Virus record (IMG/VR): IMGVR_UViG_3300043184_000212
Span: 1-30,766 of that record
Source of the DNA: a virus
Taxonomy: Duplodnaviria > Caudoviricetes
Length of the DNA: 30,766 bases
Strand: one strand, 5' to 3'
Every line of letters starts with the position of its first letter. Positions within the stretch are counted from its first letter, which is position 1. This document shows, piece by piece, positions 26,756-30,766 of the stretch. Both the position numbers and the translations under genes were made by a program. The notes under the pieces are model-generated. The model ran no database searches, had not been told where the DNA came from, and saw only the letters and a list, made by a program, of their open reading frames with translations.

Positions 26756-27116
26756 GTTGTAAGCTTTCTATTTTACTTAATGCCTTAATCGTCCGATGAT
26801 CCTTACAGTCAATGTAGTCCTTTATCTTTTTAACAGCATGAATGACTGTGGTTCTGTCTCTCTCAAAAAGATTTGCAACAGCAGTATAACTGTACCCTTT
26901 GTGGACGATTAGAAAGTAGATGGCACAATATCGCAGGGCGGTTACGTCCATTTTCTTGGACGGTTTTTTAACGGTTTTTAAATTGGTGCCCATTTGTTCA
27001 AGAACGCACTTGGCATGCCGGATAAGTCCGTATTTTTTTATTTTAACTCGAGGTCTTTTTTGACTATAATTGATATCCGGCTGATTCGGGATGTTTATAG
27101 TGTTTAATTCTGTCAT
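26730..27116 (-). CDS. Stand-alone DnaA domain IV-like HTH protein
   Basis: RYCAIYFL....YSYTAVANLFERDRTTVIHAVKKI parallels the DnaA signature RQ.AM.L...SL.EIG..F.RDHTTVLHA..KI. Confidence 0.75.
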   Translation of the reverse strand: MTELNTINIPNQPDINYSQKRPRVKIKKYGLIRHAKCVLEQMGTNLKTVKKPSKKMDVTALRYCAIYFLIVHKGYSYTAVANLFERDRTTVIHAVKKIKDYIDCKDHRTIKALSKIESLQHEDKIKPY

Positions 27117-27128
27117 TTTATGTATTGT

Positions 27129-27515
27129 TTAATAATTTTCAATAATGCATCCAATCATTTTAGCATATCCTTCAGCCATTACCACGCCGTTCGGACTTAT
27201 CTCCGAGGCCAGCTCATCCGGCCTGTGGTAAGATGCATATACCCGCCTTAGCAAGGGAACAGGCCCTGTGTAGTTTGAAGCAATGAACTGCTCGTCTCTC
27301 AGCATCCACTCCAACCGCCACCATGCCCAAAATACACGGCTGTCAACCAGCATATCTATACCTGCCGGATCTTGTGGTATATATGCTTGCAAGTAGGCTG
27401 TACCTTTTTTAAAAAGGAAGTTTGCGTATTGAGTTTCGCTGATTTGTAGCTGAAACATAATAGCCTCTTGTGTTTTTTTGAATCTTTGCTTGATTGAATT
27501 AATCTGCGTTAACAT
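27129..27515 (-). CDS. Hypothetical phage protein
   Basis: Operon-coupled; FWAWWRLEW..RDE.F motif. Confidence 0.7.
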   Translation of the reverse strand: MLTQINSIKQRFKKTQEAIMFQLQISETQYANFLFKKGTAYLQAYIPQDPAGIDMLVDSRVFWAWWRLEWMLRDEQFIASNYTGPVPLLRRVYASYHRPDELASEISPNGVVMAEGYAKMIGCIIENY

Positions 27516-27518
27516 TTT

Positions 27519-28448
27519 TTAGTTTTTAGGCATGTTATGCCAGATGCGAAAATTCTCTTCGTTTAGTGGAGCGTTCAGGCGTTGCGCTTCCTGCAGTGCA
27601 TAATCCAGGTAGTCATGTAACTCACCGTAGTTGTCGCATACTCTTGTGATTAGTTTTTTTAGGGCAGCGTCTTTGACGCCGAACTGAATAAAAAAGGGTT
27701 CATAGTCAATCTCGTTAGGCAGCATGCGTATACCGGCTTTCAGTCTGCGATAGAGCTGGGGAATACCTGCATAATCCAGATGGCGCATCCGGTCAATTTT
27801 TTTTAGAAGCTGTGGGGTGCCTATGAGTACTATGCCAGCGTAGGTGTTGAGTCCGTCATAAATGCCCTTGAGCATTTTTAAAGCAGGCAGTTCAAGATTT
27901 TCTGCCTCGTCTATTATAATCAATGGACTGCCACCTGACAGTTTAATTTCCCGAAGTTTTATAATGATCTTTTTCAGTCGTGCGGCTCTGCTCTTCAGGA
28001 GTTCCACATTCAGCTGATGGGAAAGATCGTTAAGGATATCCCACACACTATGTATGCTGCTGACTGTGATACGATACGTGTGCTTTGGTTTTTTTTGTGC
28101 GAACAGGTCTATTAAATAAGACTTACCGACTCCTGTTGGTCCAACAAGCGTTATGGCACTTTGTGTCTCTTTTGCATACAAGACGGCAGGCATCATGTGC
28201 ACCATCTGTCGGGTCTGTACCGTTTTCCAGCTTTTTCTATCAGCAGAAAATCCAACAAAAGACGCCAGTTTCAACCACCACTTATCAGCAATCTCAGTAT
28301 CTCCGCTGCGCATTTCGTTGCGCAGCATCAATGAGAGGTAAGCACTGCTTATACCAGTTATGGTAGCCGCATCCTCATTAGTTAGGTGGTGGCTAATCAG
28401 GTAGCTTCGGGCTGCTTCTGATATGTCCATTTTTAACTTTTCTGTCAT
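27519..28448 (-). CDS. MuB-like transposition AAA+ ATPase with N-terminal HTH
   Basis: GISSAYLSLML HTH, GPTGVGKS, LIIIDEAE, GIVLIG, QLYRR; directly after transposase. Confidence 0.9.
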   Translation of the reverse strand: MTEKLKMDISEAARSYLISHHLTNEDAATITGISSAYLSLMLRNEMRSGDTEIADKWWLKLASFVGFSADRKSWKTVQTRQMVHMMPAVLYAKETQSAITLVGPTGVGKSYLIDLFAQKKPKHTYRITVSSIHSVWDILNDLSHQLNVELLKSRAARLKKIIIKLREIKLSGGSPLIIIDEAENLELPALKMLKGIYDGLNTYAGIVLIGTPQLLKKIDRMRHLDYAGIPQLYRRLKAGIRMLPNEIDYEPFFIQFGVKDAALKKLITRVCDNYGELHDYLDYALQEAQRLNAPLNEENFRIWHNMPKN

Positions 28449-28459
28449 ACTATATTATT

Positions 28460-30541
28460 TTATAAGTAATCGTTTAGTTCTGTTTTGGCAGCCAAGTACT
28501 GCTGCTGAATTTTGCTCCAGTCTGCTGATTCTGATAGGTGATCAGCACGGTCGAGATGATTTGTATTCTCGGCTATCAAGCCCTTAGCCTTCTGTATCGG
28601 GTCTTTTTGTTGCCCATGTTTGTCAGTGAACATGAGCTTAAGCGTGGCCTCATTAATGTCATCCAAAGACAATGGTGTGGCGGCTACAAGGCTGCGAGTG
28701 ATATCAGCATCTGATGCGGTGATTGAGATTACTTCCTCTCTGCGTTTTTTATTGAAAAAACCTATACGATTCAAATATTCGTGATCTTCCGACTTCGCAT
28801 CTTTTATAGACATTGGTATAACCCTTTTTTCCTCAAGCAAGTGGCGGTATTTTCCACACTCACTTACGGCCATGACCTGTTCGGGCCGGCCTGGCATATA
28901 CCATAATTGCCAGGTAAGGTGATGCAGGGCTCTAAATGCTGGGTCAAAACTATCATATACCCGCTCCACCCGCTCAATAGTTGCAATAATACCCTGCCCG
29001 GTAATGGTGCTGGTGTGTGTGTGTTTTTTTCCATAAATAATCAGCATGTTTTCACGGCTCAGCACCAACCTTTCTTCTACAGGAATAGAATCGTAGGCTC
29101 TGATAAATTCGGCCCGTTTCTTACTACGCTCTGACTGCATAATGGCCTGTAGCTGGCTTTCAACTTCTGCCATATATGGCAGGCTTTTTTTTATTTTATT
29201 CAGGAATTCCCGGTTTGGTTGGTTTTCTTTTTTAGCGTCTACATTGTGGCCGCTCCAGTTATACTGAAACTGGCAATACGTATTATTGAGGTATTTAAAA
29301 TATGGCTCTATGGGCTTGGCTTTAGCATTTCCAACCGCTGCTGGTGTATATATGTTGGCCATGCTTTGGTAGAAGGTAGTATTTTGTTTAATTGCGTAGC
29401 GATCGCTCTGTATCTGCCAGGGCCTTTGATACTGGCCTATTAGTTCGAAAATATGAGTGATGGCGTTCCGGTTGGCTTGTCGAATAAGCTCGGCGTTCTC
29501 CTGTCGGCCTATGGCGTACCCGACCGGATACTTGTTGAAAACGTCCAGCACAACAACTATTACCAAGCGATTATTGTAGCCTGTATTGTCTTGGAAGAGC
29601 AGTTCGGCAGTCCAACCGTCTATACTCCACATGCGTAATGGGTACGACGGCGCTTTCCTTTTAACGCCCATTGCTATTCTATTGTTGTAGGCCTGCTGGC
29701 CACGACTGCCCGATAGTGTTAGATGTGTGCTTTTGTCTACAATATTTCTAACTGTACGGGCACTTACCATCGTCCAGCCTTTAGCCTTAAATATGGGCTC
29801 AATTAGTCTATGTATCTGTGCAGCGTTGTAGTTGTTGTGCAATCGGGCGAGGTGGCGCACTAACGCCAGCTGTTGTTCTGCCTGGTCATGAGTAAAGCCT
29901 GTATCTGATCTGCCTATTTTAGATGCAAACTTGTTACCCAGACGCCAGTCTATCAGACAGCGATAGCCTTCGGTAGCATATTCAGCCATTTTATTTCTAA
30001 GCCTCTGATAGGAAGACGGCAGGTCTATCTCTCTGGATATGATGATTTGAGCAACATGGTTCCAGAACTCCTCAATAGACAGGCCTAGTTTTTTCTTCAG
30101 TGATTTTTTAACTGCGTTAGCATCTATTAACATGTTAAGCCAACTGGCTGCTATTGCATACTTTTTCACCAGTTCAGGATGGAGGTTTTTTCCATTGTCA
30201 TACTTCCAATTGGTGTAGAATATCTCTGCTTTAGGGTCTAAAGAAACCATTGCCTCAATGGGCTGTTTTGCCAAAATTTGAAAGGGGTTAGTACATTGGC
30301 AGGGCAGGCCGGGGTCGTGCTTACAGTTGTTTAAAAAACGCCAATAAAGTTTTAATTTCTCCTTGTGGGGTTGTATTAGACTATCATACCGAACAAGTAA
30401 CGTCCGCCTGTCATTGGGGCTGCGTCTTGTAATCCAATTATTACCGTTTCGCATATTTGATTTCTTAAGCGTATCTTCCTTCCATCCGGCGGCTATAAAG
30501 TCTTTGTATTCAATCCAAAGTGTATTGTCTAGTAACAGCAT
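28460..30541 (-). CDS. MuA-like DDE transposase
   Basis: WSIDGW...VVVLDVFNKYPVGYAIG...IQSD...AKAKPIEPYF catalytic core; 693 aa uninterrupted. Confidence 0.92.
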   Translation of the reverse strand: MLLLDNTLWIEYKDFIAAGWKEDTLKKSNMRNGNNWITRRSPNDRRTLLVRYDSLIQPHKEKLKLYWRFLNNCKHDPGLPCQCTNPFQILAKQPIEAMVSLDPKAEIFYTNWKYDNGKNLHPELVKKYAIAASWLNMLIDANAVKKSLKKKLGLSIEEFWNHVAQIIISREIDLPSSYQRLRNKMAEYATEGYRCLIDWRLGNKFASKIGRSDTGFTHDQAEQQLALVRHLARLHNNYNAAQIHRLIEPIFKAKGWTMVSARTVRNIVDKSTHLTLSGSRGQQAYNNRIAMGVKRKAPSYPLRMWSIDGWTAELLFQDNTGYNNRLVIVVVLDVFNKYPVGYAIGRQENAELIRQANRNAITHIFELIGQYQRPWQIQSDRYAIKQNTTFYQSMANIYTPAAVGNAKAKPIEPYFKYLNNTYCQFQYNWSGHNVDAKKENQPNREFLNKIKKSLPYMAEVESQLQAIMQSERSKKRAEFIRAYDSIPVEERLVLSRENMLIIYGKKHTHTSTITGQGIIATIERVERVYDSFDPAFRALHHLTWQLWYMPGRPEQVMAVSECGKYRHLLEEKRVIPMSIKDAKSEDHEYLNRIGFFNKKRREEVISITASDADITRSLVAATPLSLDDINEATLKLMFTDKHGQQKDPIQKAKGLIAENTNHLDRADHLSESADWSKIQQQYLAAKTELNDYL

Positions 30542-30544
30542 GGC

Positions 30545-30766
30545 TTATTTATTAAATGGGACTAACCTTCTAACTACATCCAGTAATTTGTTTTCCTGTT
30601 CGGCGTAGGTCATGTATGTGGCAAATACGTCTTCATTATTTCTTTCTCCTTGCAGGACAAGTCGGACATACCTTTTAGACACCCCGTGTAACTGTGCAGT
30701 TCGTTCTATCCTTGCTGCTTTTATAATGTCCCTATTTTGTTTTTTAACCATAATTTTGGCAAACAT
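30545..30766 (-). CDS. Ner/Cro-like early repressor
   Basis: TAQLHGVSKRYVRLVLQGER HTH immediately upstream of transposase. Confidence 0.7.
   Translation of the reverse strand: MFAKIMVKKQNRDIIKAARIERTAQLHGVSKRYVRLVLQGERNNEDVFATYMTYAEQENKLLDVVRRLVPFNK

Larger units (their letters stand above)
1..30766. mobile_element. Mu-like transposable prophage (contractile tail, Bacteroidota type); ends outside window
   Basis: DDE transposase + MuB-like ATPase + DUF3164/GemA early genes, Mu-type portal/gp36/gpG/gp37 and full sheath-tube-baseplate set in tightly coupled operons. Confidence 0.93.

Overview
The whole window is one Mu-like (transposable) myovirus prophage of Bacteroidota type. Host assignment is inferred from the protein families, TAnnTTTG-like promoters and Q-rule signal peptide. 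Right to left on the minus strand is an early operon: Ner/Cro-like HTH, DDE transposase, MuB-like AAA+ ATPase, DnaA-domain-IV-like protein, DUF3164, DUF4406, RecA/Sms-like ATPase and GemA-like protein, ending in an intrinsic terminator. Next come about 1.3 kb of decayed accessory genes, including a broken C5 DNA methyltransferase with an overlapping second frame, and a putative late activator. An inverted plus-strand packaging/neck operon follows: TerS, TerL, gp36-like adaptor, a portal-MuF fusion, gpG-like and gp37-like proteins. From a divergent promoter a long minus-strand late operon encodes protease/scaffold, capsid, lysis genes, sheath, tube, frameshifted chaperone, tape measure, baseplate, tail fibre and a beta-helix tailspike. 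The repressor and both prophage ends lie outside the window. Most unusual: a tailspike with a Sec signal peptide alongside a capsid protein with an N-terminal hydrophobic leader, a portal-MuF fusion with an in-frame A_AAA_AAG slippery site in the linker, and a 43-bp duplication creating a relay mini-ORF before the holin. All family calls come from motif recognition by eye, not database searches.
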